This document shows, one piece after another, positions 27,683-38,030 of a stretch of 64,000 nt of DNA (the stretch's first letter is position 1; every line of letters begins with the position of its first letter). Source of the DNA: a virus (Duplodnaviria; Caudoviricetes); IMG/VR virus record IMGVR_UViG_2593339203_000002, positions 32,745-96,744 of that record. One strand, given 5' to 3'. The position numbers were made by a program, and so were the translations under genes. The notes below the pieces were generated by a model, which saw only the letters and a list, made by a program, of their open reading frames with translations, was not told where the DNA came from and did no database searches.

Positions 27683-28600
27683 GTGCCGGTCGAACCAATC
27701 CCCTGCGCCCCGGGCGGCGGTGGCGAGCCCCCCGGCCCGTCCTGCTGCGCCCCGTCCATCGCCTCCACGCCCCTGTGCCAGGAGGACGGGACCACCATCC
27801 TCCTGGTGCTCCGCTCCGCGTGCGCGTGTGACGGCGCGGAGCCCACACCGCCGGAAGTCGTCGGCTGGCTCGATCCGGTCACCGGCGACTTCACGGAGGG
27901 CCCGGCACCGGCCGGCGCCGGGCCGTGCGGCGCGGACGACTGCGCGTCCGTCTCCCTCCTCCGCCTGTGCGACCTGACGGAGGAGGAGTGCGTCCCGTTC
28001 CTCCGCCACCTGGTCCACGACTGCACGGGCGCCGTCACCTCGAGCACGGACACCGCCCTGGACGGCGTCACCCCCTACACGCCGACCGGAACGGTAGGGG
28101 ACTGCGAGGACTGCCCGTGCCCGCCGAAGACGCGCGTACTCCCGCTCTGTGACTACCTCGGCCCGGGCCCCACGCCCGTCGTCCAGTTCCTCCGCCACGT
28201 CACCTACGACTGCACCACCGGCGAGGTCCTGGAGCAGACGGACACCCTCCCGGACGCGGTGACGCCGTACACGCCCGTGGGGGAGGTCGGGGAGTGCGGC
28301 CAGTGCCGGCCCACCCCGATGTGCCCCACCCTCCTCGGCCTCTCCGGCCCGGAGACCTGGTCCATGCCGGAGGGCACGGAGTCGCTGGCCATCACCGTGG
28401 CGTGCGGCCCCGTCACCGTCACTGACTGCTCCGGGAACGCGACCACGATCAACGAGTGCGGCGCCTCCTTCACCTGGGCTGCCCCGCCTGGCGACTGCAC
28501 CCCCGGACGCCTCTGCACTCCCGTCACGGTCGACGTCCCCGAGGGCGCGGCCGTCTACCTCAACCTGCTCATCCCGTGCGGCATGGGAGACGTCTCGTGA
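27683..28600 (+). CDS. Cys-rich virion protein with two LCD..FLRH..DC..DT.LDG.TPYTP modules
   Basis: 305 aa, 25 Cys by hand count; module shared with 30083 and 35674 proteins. Confidence 0.75.
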   Translation: MPVEPIPCAPGGGGEPPGPSCCAPSIASTPLCQEDGTTILLVLRSACACDGAEPTPPEVVGWLDPVTGDFTEGPAPAGAGPCGADDCASVSLLRLCDLTEEECVPFLRHLVHDCTGAVTSSTDTALDGVTPYTPTGTVGDCEDCPCPPKTRVLPLCDYLGPGPTPVVQFLRHVTYDCTTGEVLEQTDTLPDAVTPYTPVGEVGECGQCRPTPMCPTLLGLSGPETWSMPEGTESLAITVACGPVTVTDCSGNATTINECGASFTWAAPPGDCTPGRLCTPVTVDVPEGAAVYLNLLIPCGMGDVS

Positions 28601-30057
28601 GCTGTGACAACTGCTGCCCGCCCGTCATCCTCGGCGGCTCCGGCCAGCCCGGCCCCCAAGGACCCGCAGGGCCGACGGGTCCGCCCGGCCCGGGAGTATG
28701 CGTCTCCAACGACCCGGGGAACGCCCTCCAGCTCGGCACGGACGGCTGCATGTACGTCGCCGAAGCGGACGCCGGCGCCGAGGGCCCGCCCGGCCCCCAG
28801 GGACCCGCAGGCCCGGCCGGACCGGCCGGAGAGGGCGTGTGTATCTCCACGGACCCGGACAACGCCCTCCAGCTCGGCACGGACGGCTGCATGTACGTCG
28901 CCGCGGCCGAGGCCGGCGCCGAGGGCCCGCCCGGCCCCCAGGGACCCGCAGGCCCGGCCGGACCGGCCGGGGAAGGCGCGTGCATCTCCACCGACGCCGG
29001 GAACCAGCTCCAGGAGGGCACAGACGGCTGTCTCTACGTCGCCGAGCCCGCCCCCGCAGAACTGTGCATTGCCGCCGACTCGGCGGACGTCCTGGCCGTG
29101 GACGCGAACGGCTGCCTCAGCCTCACCACCGACCCGACCGGCCCCGTACGGCCCGGGGAGAACGGACTCACCCTCTGCCTGTCCGAGGACCCCGGCCAGA
29201 CCGCGACCCTGGACGGTGACGGCTGCCTCCTGGTCACCGGCGGCGGCACCGGCGCGCTGCCCGTCGTGGAGATGACCACCGCGGTCGAGGTGTTCGAGGA
29301 AGACGGCACCTTCGACCCGGCCGCCTACCCCGGGCTTCAGTACGTGCGTGTCCGTGTCCAGGGTGCGGGTGGCGGCTCCACCGGGTCCGGGCCCAACCCC
29401 GGCCCGGTCGGCTCAGGGTTCGTGTCGATCGGCGCGGCCGGCGGGGGCGGCGGCTACAGCGAATCCCTCCTCAACGCCGCCGACCTGCCCGGGCCCGTCC
29501 CGGTCGCTATCGGGGCGGGCGGTGCCGGATCGCCGGTCAACGTCAACGCGGGGAACGGCGGAGGGTCCTCCTTCGGCACGCTCGTCACCGCGAACGGGGG
29601 CTCGGGCGGCTTCCTCACCAACGGCGGGATGCCGGAGTCCTGGGACGACTCCCGGGGCCAGATCGCCCGCGCCGGCGGTGGCACCACCACTGCGGCAGGC
29701 CAGCTGAAGATCCCGGGCAGCGCGAGCATGCCCGGATGGGCGGCAGGCGGCGGCGCCCTGGTCGACGTCCCGCAAGTCCCCACCGGCACCGTCATGAACT
29801 CCCGGATGAGCTTCGGCGGCAACGGCGGCGGCTCCCACCTCGGCGGCGCCTCCGCCGGCGGCAAGAGCAGCGGACCGAACGACACCACCGTGGGTGTCGG
29901 CTCCGCCCTCGGCTACGGCAGCGGCGCACCGGCGCCCGCCTCCGCATCCGGGAGCGGTACCGGCGGCGGCAACCCGAGCCCCGCGGTGCCCGGCCGGGAC
30001 GGAGCGCCGGGGGTCGTGATCGTCGAGGTCCACATGCTCACCGTCACCGCCGCCTGA
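28597..30057 (+). CDS. Fibre-like protein: short collagen (GXY) repeats alternating with Cys knobs, plus glycine-rich C-terminal domain
   Basis: GPPGPQGPAGPAGPAG repeats, 141-bp DNA repeat period; RVRVQGAGGG..GGGGGYSES. Confidence 0.75.
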   Translation: MSCDNCCPPVILGGSGQPGPQGPAGPTGPPGPGVCVSNDPGNALQLGTDGCMYVAEADAGAEGPPGPQGPAGPAGPAGEGVCISTDPDNALQLGTDGCMYVAAAEAGAEGPPGPQGPAGPAGPAGEGACISTDAGNQLQEGTDGCLYVAEPAPAELCIAADSADVLAVDANGCLSLTTDPTGPVRPGENGLTLCLSEDPGQTATLDGDGCLLVTGGGTGALPVVEMTTAVEVFEEDGTFDPAAYPGLQYVRVRVQGAGGGSTGSGPNPGPVGSGFVSIGAAGGGGGYSESLLNAADLPGPVPVAIGAGGAGSPVNVNAGNGGGSSFGTLVTANGGSGGFLTNGGMPESWDDSRGQIARAGGGTTTAAGQLKIPGSASMPGWAAGGGALVDVPQVPTGTVMNSRMSFGGNGGGSHLGGASAGGKSSGPNDTTVGVGSALGYGSGAPAPASASGSGTGGGNPSPAVPGRDGAPGVVIVEVHMLTVTAA

Positions 30058-30082
30058 GCGGCCACCAGCAAGGAGAACCACA

Positions 30083-33000
30083 GTGCCCAGCGGCGGGAAC
30101 TTCAGCTCATGCAACTGCGGCCCGGACGTGTCGGCATGTGACAGCCCGACACAGCCCGTGGCCACGGTCGGCCTCTGCCTCGCGGACGGCTCCCCGATCG
30201 CGGTCACCGTCGTACGGGACTGCGCCGGCACCGTCACCAGCGAGGGATGGATCGACCTCACCACGGGCGCGTGGTCGTCCGGTCCGCCACCGGCCGGGAC
30301 CATCGCGTGCGGCGACAGCCGGTCCATCACGACGAACGGCACCTTCTGTGACGTCCTGGAGGACGGCACGGTCGCCGGCCTGGTCCTCGTCGAGTACCAG
30401 TACGCCGCCGACGGCTCGATCGCGTCCGTGCGCCTGGTCGACGCCGTCACCGGGACCACCTACACCCCGCAGGGCGAGGTGACCACCTGCCCCGCCGGGG
30501 TCGAGGCGCCGGAGCGGGACATGCTCCAGCTCTGCGACACCACCGATGACGAGTCCGGCGCGATCACCAGCGTGCCGTTCCTGCGGGACTACGCGCGGGA
30601 CGAGTCCGGCGCGGTGGTCGGGCACACCGACTACACCCTGGACGGGGACCCGTACACGCCGTCCGGCACCGTCGGCGTCTGCGGCCCCCAGACCGAGCCC
30701 GTGGAGCCGTGCGCGTCGACCGTCACCGTGCTGCGCCTGTGCGACCTCAACCCCGACGCACCCCCGGACGACGAGGGCAAGCGGTGCGCCATCCCGTTCC
30801 TGCGGCACCTCGTCCACGACTGCACCGGTGCCCTTGCGGAGACCCGCGACACCACCACGGACGGCACCACCCCGTACACGCCCGTCGAGGCCGTGGACTG
30901 CGGCTCCGGCGGCGTCCCGGCCATGGTGGAAGTTCCCTGGGAGGTCGTGGACATCCAGCCGGACCCGGCCAGCCCGGTCGGCCGCGGCCTCATCTACACC
31001 CTCTCGCCGATCGACGACCCGGCAACGGTGGGCACGGTCACGGTCACCACCACGGCCACCGCGAACACCGCATGCCCCGGCACCCCGCCCTCGTACAACT
31101 TCCGCAACCCGTGCACGTACACGTTCACGCCGGACCAGGCGCTCCAGGACGCGGCCACCTACGTGCGCTGCGACTTGATCGACTTCGACACCTTCGAGCC
31201 GGTCACCGGCCTGAACCCGCCGCCGTCCCGGCTCGGCGGAACCGCGTACTGGGACGGCACGACGATCCGCCCGACCGAGTCCAACGGCACGGGCGAGATG
31301 TACTACGACGGCCCGCCGGCCTCCTGGTCCTACCGGGTCGGGAACACCGGCGGCGGCAACTCCTGCTCCAGCCTCTCCTTCGCCGCGGTCTCGCTGCGCC
31401 CGGAGGGCTGCTGCGCCCCGTGCGGGAGCAGCGGCGGCGGGGACGGAAGCGGGCGCACCGTGCAGGAGGTGTGCGTCATCGCCAACTCCGCCCCCACGGA
31501 GGTGATGACGTGGACGCGGGTGATCGAGGACGGCGGCGCCACGATCTACTACCTCGACCAGGACGGCGCCCGCTACGACGACACCCTCCCGGCCGGACAC
31601 CAGATCATCGCCTGCGCTGTGGAGCCGGAACCGTGCCGCAACAGCACGACGCTGCTCCTGTGCGACACGCAGGCCGAGCCTGAGGAGCCCGTCCCCGCCG
31701 AGGGCGAGCCGACCGCGACGGATCTCGTCCCGCCCGCCCCGCTGCCCGCCGGAGGCGCGCACGTCGCCCTGCCGGGAGGCGGGGCCGACCTGTGGTCCGG
31801 CGGAACGCTGGTGTTCCCCGCGGACCCGGACGCGACGGCGGGCGACGGCTCGCAGGTGTACCGCAGCGTCGCCGCCACCCTCCAGGCCGACCGGCCGGCG
31901 TGCGACGACGGCACGGCCACCGTGACCGCGTCGGTGCACGTCCACCTCGACGGCCCGACCGACGCCGGCGGCTACCCGGGCGCGTTCCACCTCGTCGACG
32001 GCTCCGGCACGGACATCGCCCTGGACGCCCCGCCGACGGACACCGTGTCCGGCTATGACGGCGTCCTCGTCGTCAGCGGCACCGTCCCGGCCGCCGACCT
32101 GGCCGCCGGAACCGTGACGCTGGTGCTCTCCCTGGAGACGTTCCAGAGCGGCGGGAAGGCATGGACGACCGATGGCTTCACCGCGGACTACGTCTTCGGG
32201 ACCGGCGAGGAATGCGCCAGCCCGGAGCCGGTCCAGTTCCTGCGGACCCTGGTGACGGACTGCGTCACCGGAGACATCGTCAGCGTCACGGACACCACCC
32301 TGGACGGACAGCCGTACACGGCGGCCGGGGAGGTCAGCCAGTGCACCGCCACCGGAAGCGACGCCGGGGAGTGCCGGCACTGCGAGACGCTGACCCTGTG
32401 CGACGTCCAGCCCGACGAGGAGGAGTCACCGGGCGAAGGAACCGAAGTGCCGTGGACCACGGTGAGCGTGGTCGAGGACCCCGCAACTGCTGGGCAGCAC
32501 ACGGACTTCATCTTCACGATCTCGCCGCAGGACGACCCCAGCACGGTGGGCACCGTCCACGTCAACGTGAGCCGCGCGGCAGGCGGGGCGTGCGGTGACT
32601 TCGACATCAACGACCTGATCTTTTCCAACACCGCGCAGTACCACCTGACGCTGGACGAGGTCGCCCAACAGGTCGACTTCCTGCGCGTAGACCTGCTCGA
32701 CTTCGACGGCTTCGAACCGGTCGCGATCCTCACCGGCACCCCGGAGCCCACCCGGCTGGGCGGCACCGCCGTATGGAACGCCAGCCACGACCGGATCATC
32801 CCGACCGAGGACAACAGCACCGGCGAGCTGTACTGGGACAACCCGCCCGCCACGATCGCCTACGAGATCTTCAACACCGGCGGCGGCACCAGCTGCTCGC
32901 GGCTGTCCTTCGCCGGAGTGACGATCGTGCCCCCGCCGCCCCCGCCACCCGCGGGCACAAGGACACCGTTCCTCCGCACGATCTGCCGGGCCTGCGACGG

Positions 33001-35593
33001 CTCTGCCCTGTCCGTCACCGACACCAGCGTGGACGGCGACCCCTACACCCCGGCTGGCCAGGTCACCGTGTGCGCCACCGGCAGCGGCGGCGGGACGGAA
33101 CCGGGACCGGACGTCGAAGTCCTCCAGCTCTGCGACACCCCCACGGAGGGCGCGGACCCGGTGCCGTTCCTCCGGCACCTCATCTACAGCGACGGCGCCG
33201 TACCGCCCTTCGTGCTCGATACCGAGCTGGACGGCGTCACCCCGTACGTGCTGGCCGGTGAGGCAGTCGACTGCGCGGCGTCGGAGCCGTGCCGGGACAG
33301 CTCCTCCACGCTCCTGTGCGACACGTCGGCCGCGGACCTGATCACCGTCTTCGACCCGGCCAACCGGCCGGACGATGACGGCTGGGAGGTTGTCTCCTTC
33401 ACCGGTTACCACGCGGACGCACCGCCGGAGGCGCCGCTGCCCTACCCGGCCCGCTACGGCACGCCGTACGGGTATCCGGCCCTCGGCGCCCGCGCCGACC
33501 AGTACGGCGGATACGGCGGCGGCTCCTGGCAGGGCTACGACAGCGCGCCCGTCCGGTGGGTGCTCCGCAAGACCTTCACGGCCCCCGAGGACGGCGTCGC
33601 GATCGCCCAGAGCATCGGCTTCCGCGGCGACGGCGGCGCCCGCGTCCGCATCAACGGCATCGACGCCGGCATGTACGGGCAGTGGAACCAGCCCGCCACC
33701 AGCGGCACGGCGGAGATCCCGGTCACCGCCGGCGCGAACACGGTGGAGATCGAGGTCCGTGACGTCAACGGCGTCAACAACGTCGTGGGCAGGCTGGACA
33801 TCGCGCTCCCGAAGACGGTCCAGTTCATGCGCCGTCAGACGGTGGACTGCGAGACCGGCGACGTCATCTCAACCACCGACACCACCTTGGACGGCGAGCC
33901 GTACGAGGTGACGGGCGAGGTCGGCCAGTGCACCCCGACGTCGGAGTGCTGCGAACAGCCACCACCGGAGCTCCGGGTCGACGTCGAGTCGGACGTCATG
34001 TGCATCCGCGACGCGGACGGGGAGATCACCGGCCAGGTCGTGGTGGAGCGCGTCTACGACGACCAGTCCGGCGACCGCACGGAGCAGCGCCTCACGGACC
34101 CGACGACCGGGGACCCGGTGGAGCTCCCGGACGGCGCGGAACTGGTCCTCTGCCAGGACCCGCCGTGTCCCACGGCGTTCTCCACGGAGTGCGTGGGCGC
34201 CGTGACCCGCACGGAGGCCGGCTACGACAACACCTCAACGATCAACGGGGTGCCCGGCAAGTGCGGGTCGGTGCAGGGCCCGAACGGGCAGTTCCCGTGC
34301 CAGCCGACCACGGGCGCTCTGACGATCACCTCGTGGGTCGTGGACGGGGAGGAAGTCATCGGCGAGGGCGGCGGTCGAGCCTTCAACGGCGGCCCCTGCG
34401 GCGAGGGCACCACCGCCAACCCGGGCATGCACCACAACTGGGCACTGGCCCTGACCAACCTGGACCCGTCCGGCGCCAACTGGAGCGCGCAGGAAGCCGA
34501 CGGGTGCGCGTGGTTCGTCGGCTCCACCGGCGGCACACAGACCGTGTACGGCCCCATGACCGTGGTGGACGCCGAGGGCCGGCAATGGATCCTCGGCCCG
34601 GCGCAGGCCTGCGAAGAGGTCCAGTTCACGAAGGTCTACAACCAGCAGTGCGACGGCTCCGTGACCGTGTCGTGGCTGGACGCCCAAGGGGTGGAGACCG
34701 ACGCCCCGGAGGGTGACCTCGTCCCGTGCGGTACGGGCTGCGGTACGGGCGGCGGCGCCGGCCTGGACGTGGAGACCGTGGCGCTCTGTGACGTCGCCGA
34801 GGACGGCACCACCGTGCCGTTCCTCCGGCACATCACCTACGGGACGGGCGGGCAGGTCTCCGTCGTCCTGGACACGGGCCTAGACGCGTTCTCCGCGTAC
34901 ACACCGAGCGGCACCGTGGGCGTGTGCCAGCCGCGCGAGGACGGCCAGGACGTGGAGCTCCTGGCCCTCTGCGACGTCGCCGAGGACGGCACCTCTACGC
35001 CGTTCCTCCGGCACCTGGTCTACATGGCCGCGGCGACCGCCCCGGCCGTCCTGGACACCCTCCTGGACGGCGCGACGCCGTACACGCCGGCCGGTGAGGT
35101 GGGCACGTGCGCGCCGGAGGAGGAGTGCCCGAGCCGGAACATGCTCTCCGCCTGCCGGTGTGACGACACGGACGGCGACGGCGTCGCGGACACCGGGTAC
35201 GTGGAGCTCCTGGCCGTCGACTGTGAAGGCGTCCTCACCTCCGTGGGCACCTACACGGAGGACCTGTCCGCCCCGTACACGCCGGTCGCTCCGGTGGACT
35301 GCGAGACGGCCGACCCGGGCCCGGAGCCGGTCGTCTCCGTCCAGGCGCACCGCGTGCAGCTGGCCCCGGGGCAGTCGTGGGACGCCTCGACGGTGGCGTC
35401 CCTGCGCTCCGTCACGCTGACCGCGCACACCGGGGACGGCCTGATCACCACCGGGGACGGCGTCTCCACCCTCTTCCAGGGGGAGTCCGTGTCCTGGTCC
35501 ATCAACAAGGAGACGGACGCCGCCCTCGTCGGCCCGCTCACGGTGGACGCCGTGGACGGCGTGATCACCGTTACGTGGACCCGAACCTCCTGA
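30083..35593 (+). CDS. Giant (1836 aa) acidic Cys-rich repeat virion/fibre protein
   Basis: AAGGAG SD; at least 8 (P/Q)F(L/M)R modules; duplicated globular domain; hairpin after stop. Confidence 0.8.
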   Translation: MPSGGNFSSCNCGPDVSACDSPTQPVATVGLCLADGSPIAVTVVRDCAGTVTSEGWIDLTTGAWSSGPPPAGTIACGDSRSITTNGTFCDVLEDGTVAGLVLVEYQYAADGSIASVRLVDAVTGTTYTPQGEVTTCPAGVEAPERDMLQLCDTTDDESGAITSVPFLRDYARDESGAVVGHTDYTLDGDPYTPSGTVGVCGPQTEPVEPCASTVTVLRLCDLNPDAPPDDEGKRCAIPFLRHLVHDCTGALAETRDTTTDGTTPYTPVEAVDCGSGGVPAMVEVPWEVVDIQPDPASPVGRGLIYTLSPIDDPATVGTVTVTTTATANTACPGTPPSYNFRNPCTYTFTPDQALQDAATYVRCDLIDFDTFEPVTGLNPPPSRLGGTAYWDGTTIRPTESNGTGEMYYDGPPASWSYRVGNTGGGNSCSSLSFAAVSLRPEGCCAPCGSSGGGDGSGRTVQEVCVIANSAPTEVMTWTRVIEDGGATIYYLDQDGARYDDTLPAGHQIIACAVEPEPCRNSTTLLLCDTQAEPEEPVPAEGEPTATDLVPPAPLPAGGAHVALPGGGADLWSGGTLVFPADPDATAGDGSQVYRSVAATLQADRPACDDGTATVTASVHVHLDGPTDAGGYPGAFHLVDGSGTDIALDAPPTDTVSGYDGVLVVSGTVPAADLAAGTVTLVLSLETFQSGGKAWTTDGFTADYVFGTGEECASPEPVQFLRTLVTDCVTGDIVSVTDTTLDGQPYTAAGEVSQCTATGSDAGECRHCETLTLCDVQPDEEESPGEGTEVPWTTVSVVEDPATAGQHTDFIFTISPQDDPSTVGTVHVNVSRAAGGACGDFDINDLIFSNTAQYHLTLDEVAQQVDFLRVDLLDFDGFEPVAILTGTPEPTRLGGTAVWNASHDRIIPTEDNSTGELYWDNPPATIAYEIFNTGGGTSCSRLSFAGVTIVPPPPPPPAGTRTPFLRTICRACDGSALSVTDTSVDGDPYTPAGQVTVCATGSGGGTEPGPDVEVLQLCDTPTEGADPVPFLRHLIYSDGAVPPFVLDTELDGVTPYVLAGEAVDCAASEPCRDSSSTLLCDTSAADLITVFDPANRPDDDGWEVVSFTGYHADAPPEAPLPYPARYGTPYGYPALGARADQYGGYGGGSWQGYDSAPVRWVLRKTFTAPEDGVAIAQSIGFRGDGGARVRINGIDAGMYGQWNQPATSGTAEIPVTAGANTVEIEVRDVNGVNNVVGRLDIALPKTVQFMRRQTVDCETGDVISTTDTTLDGEPYEVTGEVGQCTPTSECCEQPPPELRVDVESDVMCIRDADGEITGQVVVERVYDDQSGDRTEQRLTDPTTGDPVELPDGAELVLCQDPPCPTAFSTECVGAVTRTEAGYDNTSTINGVPGKCGSVQGPNGQFPCQPTTGALTITSWVVDGEEVIGEGGGRAFNGGPCGEGTTANPGMHHNWALALTNLDPSGANWSAQEADGCAWFVGSTGGTQTVYGPMTVVDAEGRQWILGPAQACEEVQFTKVYNQQCDGSVTVSWLDAQGVETDAPEGDLVPCGTGCGTGGGAGLDVETVALCDVAEDGTTVPFLRHITYGTGGQVSVVLDTGLDAFSAYTPSGTVGVCQPREDGQDVELLALCDVAEDGTSTPFLRHLVYMAAATAPAVLDTLLDGATPYTPAGEVGTCAPEEECPSRNMLSACRCDDTDGDGVADTGYVELLAVDCEGVLTSVGTYTEDLSAPYTPVAPVDCETADPGPEPVVSVQAHRVQLAPGQSWDASTVASLRSVTLTAHTGDGLITTGDGVSTLFQGESVSWSINKETDAALVGPLTVDAVDGVITVTWTRTS

Positions 35594-35595
35594 CC

Positions 35596-35639
35596 CCGTC
35601 CCGCGGGCCCGCTCTGTGTGCGGCGGGCCCGCGGGACGG
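35596..35639 (+). terminator. Hairpin after giant gene
   Basis: CCGTCCCGCGGGCCCGC-N10-GCGGGCCCGCGGGACGG. Confidence 0.7.
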
Positions 35640-35673
35640 CCTTCCCTTCCCTCACCAGTAGAGGAGTCCCCTC

Positions 35674-36144
35674 ATGTCCGGTACCAACGGCAGCGTGGCC
35701 GCCGCCTCCACGGACGCGGAGTACGCCGTCCTCTGTGACGAGACCGGAGACCAGTTCCTCCGCCGCTACACGAACACCGGGAGCGGCGCCCCGACCGTCA
35801 CGGACACGGAACTGGACGGCGTCACCCCGTACGCGCCGACCGGCGAAGTGGTCCGGTGCGGCGCCCCGGCCGTGAACCCGGAGATCACGTCCACCGTCCA
35901 GAGGCAGACCGACGCCGGCGCAGTCACCATCGACGCCGGCGCCCGCTCCGTCACCGTCCTCGTGTACGCCGGGGAGCCCACCGTGGCCATCGGCGGCGGC
36001 CCGGCCGTGACGCTCCTTCCGGGGACGTCGCTCTCCTGGGGCGTGAACCGGGGCGGGAACCTCGGGGAGGCACTGGCGGACGCGTTCGTGTTCACCGCGG
36101 AGGCCGGTGAGGACCTGGTCGTCTCCAGCACGCGGGAGGCGTAG
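35674..36144 (+). CDS. Virion protein with one LCD/FLR module and the C-terminal domain shared with the giant protein
   Basis: GAGGAG SD; LCDETGDQFLRR...DTELDGVTPY; RSVT...G.S.SW. Confidence 0.75.
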   Translation: MSGTNGSVAAASTDAEYAVLCDETGDQFLRRYTNTGSGAPTVTDTELDGVTPYAPTGEVVRCGAPAVNPEITSTVQRQTDAGAVTIDAGARSVTVLVYAGEPTVAIGGGPAVTLLPGTSLSWGVNRGGNLGEALADAFVFTAEAGEDLVVSSTREA

Positions 36145-36146
36145 CC

Positions 36147-36464
36147 GTGGCAGCGGGGACGGACGGCTCCTACGCCCGGCCGCCCGGGCCCCGGGTGGAG
36201 GCCGCCCGGGGTGTCACGGACGGCTCCGGGAACGTCACCTTCACCTGGCCGCCGGGGGCGTTCGCCGCACCGCCCGTCGTCACCATCGGCCTCCAGGGCG
36301 CGGCCGGGTTCCGCGTGCACTCGATCACCGGGAACACCGCGGCGGCCACGACGGTGAACGTCCAGGCCTCCACCGGTGTGACGCTCCTCGGGATCGGGGT
36401 CCTGGCCGTGGGCGGGCCGGCGGCCGGGGTCACCGTCCACGCTCACGCGGTCGCCGCGCCCTGA
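36147..36464 (+). CDS. Small beta-rich protein (H-type-lectin/gp53-like motif)
   Basis: GGAGG SD; VTFTWP..AF..PPVV. Confidence 0.6.
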   Translation: MAAGTDGSYARPPGPRVEAARGVTDGSGNVTFTWPPGAFAAPPVVTIGLQGAAGFRVHSITGNTAAATTVNVQASTGVTLLGIGVLAVGGPAAGVTVHAHAVAAP

Positions 36465-36514
36465 CCCCTGCCCGGGCGGGCGCGCAGAGCCGCCCGGGCG
36501 CGTGGGGGCCCGGC

Positions 36515-36587
36515 TAGACTCCTGGTAGCTGCTGGTTCTGGGCCGGGCTGACACCACGTTTGTTACGCCTGCTGGTTTAGGGCCGAG
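36515..36587 (+). promoter_or_regulatory. -10 TAGACT plus two tandem 17-nt leader elements
   Basis: GCTGGTTCTGGGCCGGG 36531-36547; GCTGGTTTAGGGCCGAG 36571-36587, 31 nt before GTG. Confidence 0.75.
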
Positions 36588-36618
36588 CCGTCCAACTTCC
36601 TTTGTTGGAGGCTCCACC

Positions 36619-37320
36619 GTGGCAGCTCCGCTCATCTCGAACGCGGCCACCGTCCGGGTCACCCGCGTTGACGGCTGCGGCCGTCCCGTCTGTGGTGACG
36701 ACTCCTCATACGTCACCGACTGCTTCGCCTCCGTCGCCATGGCCGCGAACGTGGAGGACGGGGAAGACATCGTCTTTACCGCCGCCAACGGGAGGCAATG
36801 CGGATTCAAGCGCGGTTGCCCGACTCTGAACGGGTATGACCTGACCTTCACGTTCTTCCAGGCCTCCCCGGAGCTCATGGAGATCATGACGGGGTCCCCG
36901 GTCTACTTCGACTACGCTGGCAACCCGATCGGCTTCGACTCCTGCTCCATCCCCTGCAACACGGGCTTTGCCTTGGAGGTCTGGACGGACGTCCTGGGCG
37001 AGGACGTGTGTGAGGACGAGGCCGCGGAAGGCGCCTGGGTCTACTTCGTCTTGCCGTGGATCACGAACGGCATGATCGGGGACCTGGAGCTCGCCAACGA
37101 AGCCGTGAACCTGGAGCTCACCGGCGCCACCCGCGCGGGCGGGAAGTGGGGCACCGGCCCCTACGACGTCCAGCCGCAGGACGCCGCCGGCACCCCCGGC
37201 CCGATGCTCACCCCGCTCGGCTCCTCGTGCCACCGCCGCATGTTCATCACCTCCACCCCGCCGCCCGAGCCGTCGACCACCTACATCCCGGTGGCCGGCG
37301 AGTACTGCATGGCCTCCTGA
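36619..37320 (+). CDS. Major tail (tube) protein
   Basis: RVTRVDGCGRP...GFALEVWT...YFVLPW; GGAGG SD; size and context. Confidence 0.7.
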   Translation: MAAPLISNAATVRVTRVDGCGRPVCGDDSSYVTDCFASVAMAANVEDGEDIVFTAANGRQCGFKRGCPTLNGYDLTFTFFQASPELMEIMTGSPVYFDYAGNPIGFDSCSIPCNTGFALEVWTDVLGEDVCEDEAAEGAWVYFVLPWITNGMIGDLELANEAVNLELTGATRAGGKWGTGPYDVQPQDAAGTPGPMLTPLGSSCHRRMFITSTPPPEPSTTYIPVAGEYCMAS

Positions 37321-37322
37321 CC

Positions 37323-38030
37323 ATGAGCGCGCTCGACATCGTGGTACCGGTGCGGGAGGGCGCCGCGAACGAACAGCTCCGCTACGCCCTGCGGAGCTGG
37401 TCAGCGAACCTCCCGCACCGGCGGGTGTGGCTGATCGGGGGACGTCCGGCATGGGCTACGGGGGTCGAGCACATCCCCACCCGGCAGGCCGGGACGAAGT
37501 ACCAGAACACGACGTCCGCGGTGGCGGCGGCCTGCCTCCACCCGGACGTCTCCGACCCGTTCATCTACTGCAACGACGACTTCTTCGTCCTCCGCCGCCG
37601 CACGAGCCTGCCCGTGTTCCACCGTGGGCCCGTGGCGGAGGTGGAGGCGTACTACGCGACCAGGGGGAACGGCCGGTACCTCCGCGGGCTCCGGGAGACC
37701 CGGGATCTCCTGGTGGAGCTCGGCCACCCGGACCCGGTCTCCTACGAGCTCCACGTCCCCCTCCCAATCGCGAAGGGCGGGATGCTCGCCGCGCTGGAGG
37801 CCGGCCGCCACCTCGACGTCATCCACAAGCGGACCGCGTACGGCGTCCTGGCCGGGATCGGCGGGGAGCGGATGCGGGACGTCAAGGTCCTCAGTCGCGG
37901 TCCCGGCTACGACACCTCCAGCGGGTTCCTCTCGACCATGCCGGACTCCTTCGCCCACGGCATGGTGGGCCGCTACCTCCGTCAAGCGTTCTTCCAGCCG
38001 AGCCCGTACGAGAAGGGGCGCCGTCGGTGA
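37323..38030 (+). CDS. Stealth/GT-A-like glycosyl- or hexose-phosphotransferase
   Basis: DIVVP, EQLRYALRS, FIYCNDDFF motifs. Confidence 0.65.
   Translation: MSALDIVVPVREGAANEQLRYALRSWSANLPHRRVWLIGGRPAWATGVEHIPTRQAGTKYQNTTSAVAAACLHPDVSDPFIYCNDDFFVLRRRTSLPVFHRGPVAEVEAYYATRGNGRYLRGLRETRDLLVELGHPDPVSYELHVPLPIAKGGMLAALEAGRHLDVIHKRTAYGVLAGIGGERMRDVKVLSRGPGYDTSSGFLSTMPDSFAHGMVGRYLRQAFFQPSPYEKGRRR

Noticed and set aside
30107-32380. Many long antisense or alternate-frame ORFs (also 11604-13631, 17664-19469, 42765-44384, 62414-63946)
   Set aside because: Expected shadows of high-GC coding DNA; Arg/Gly/Pro-rich, no motifs, fully overlapping well-supported genes.
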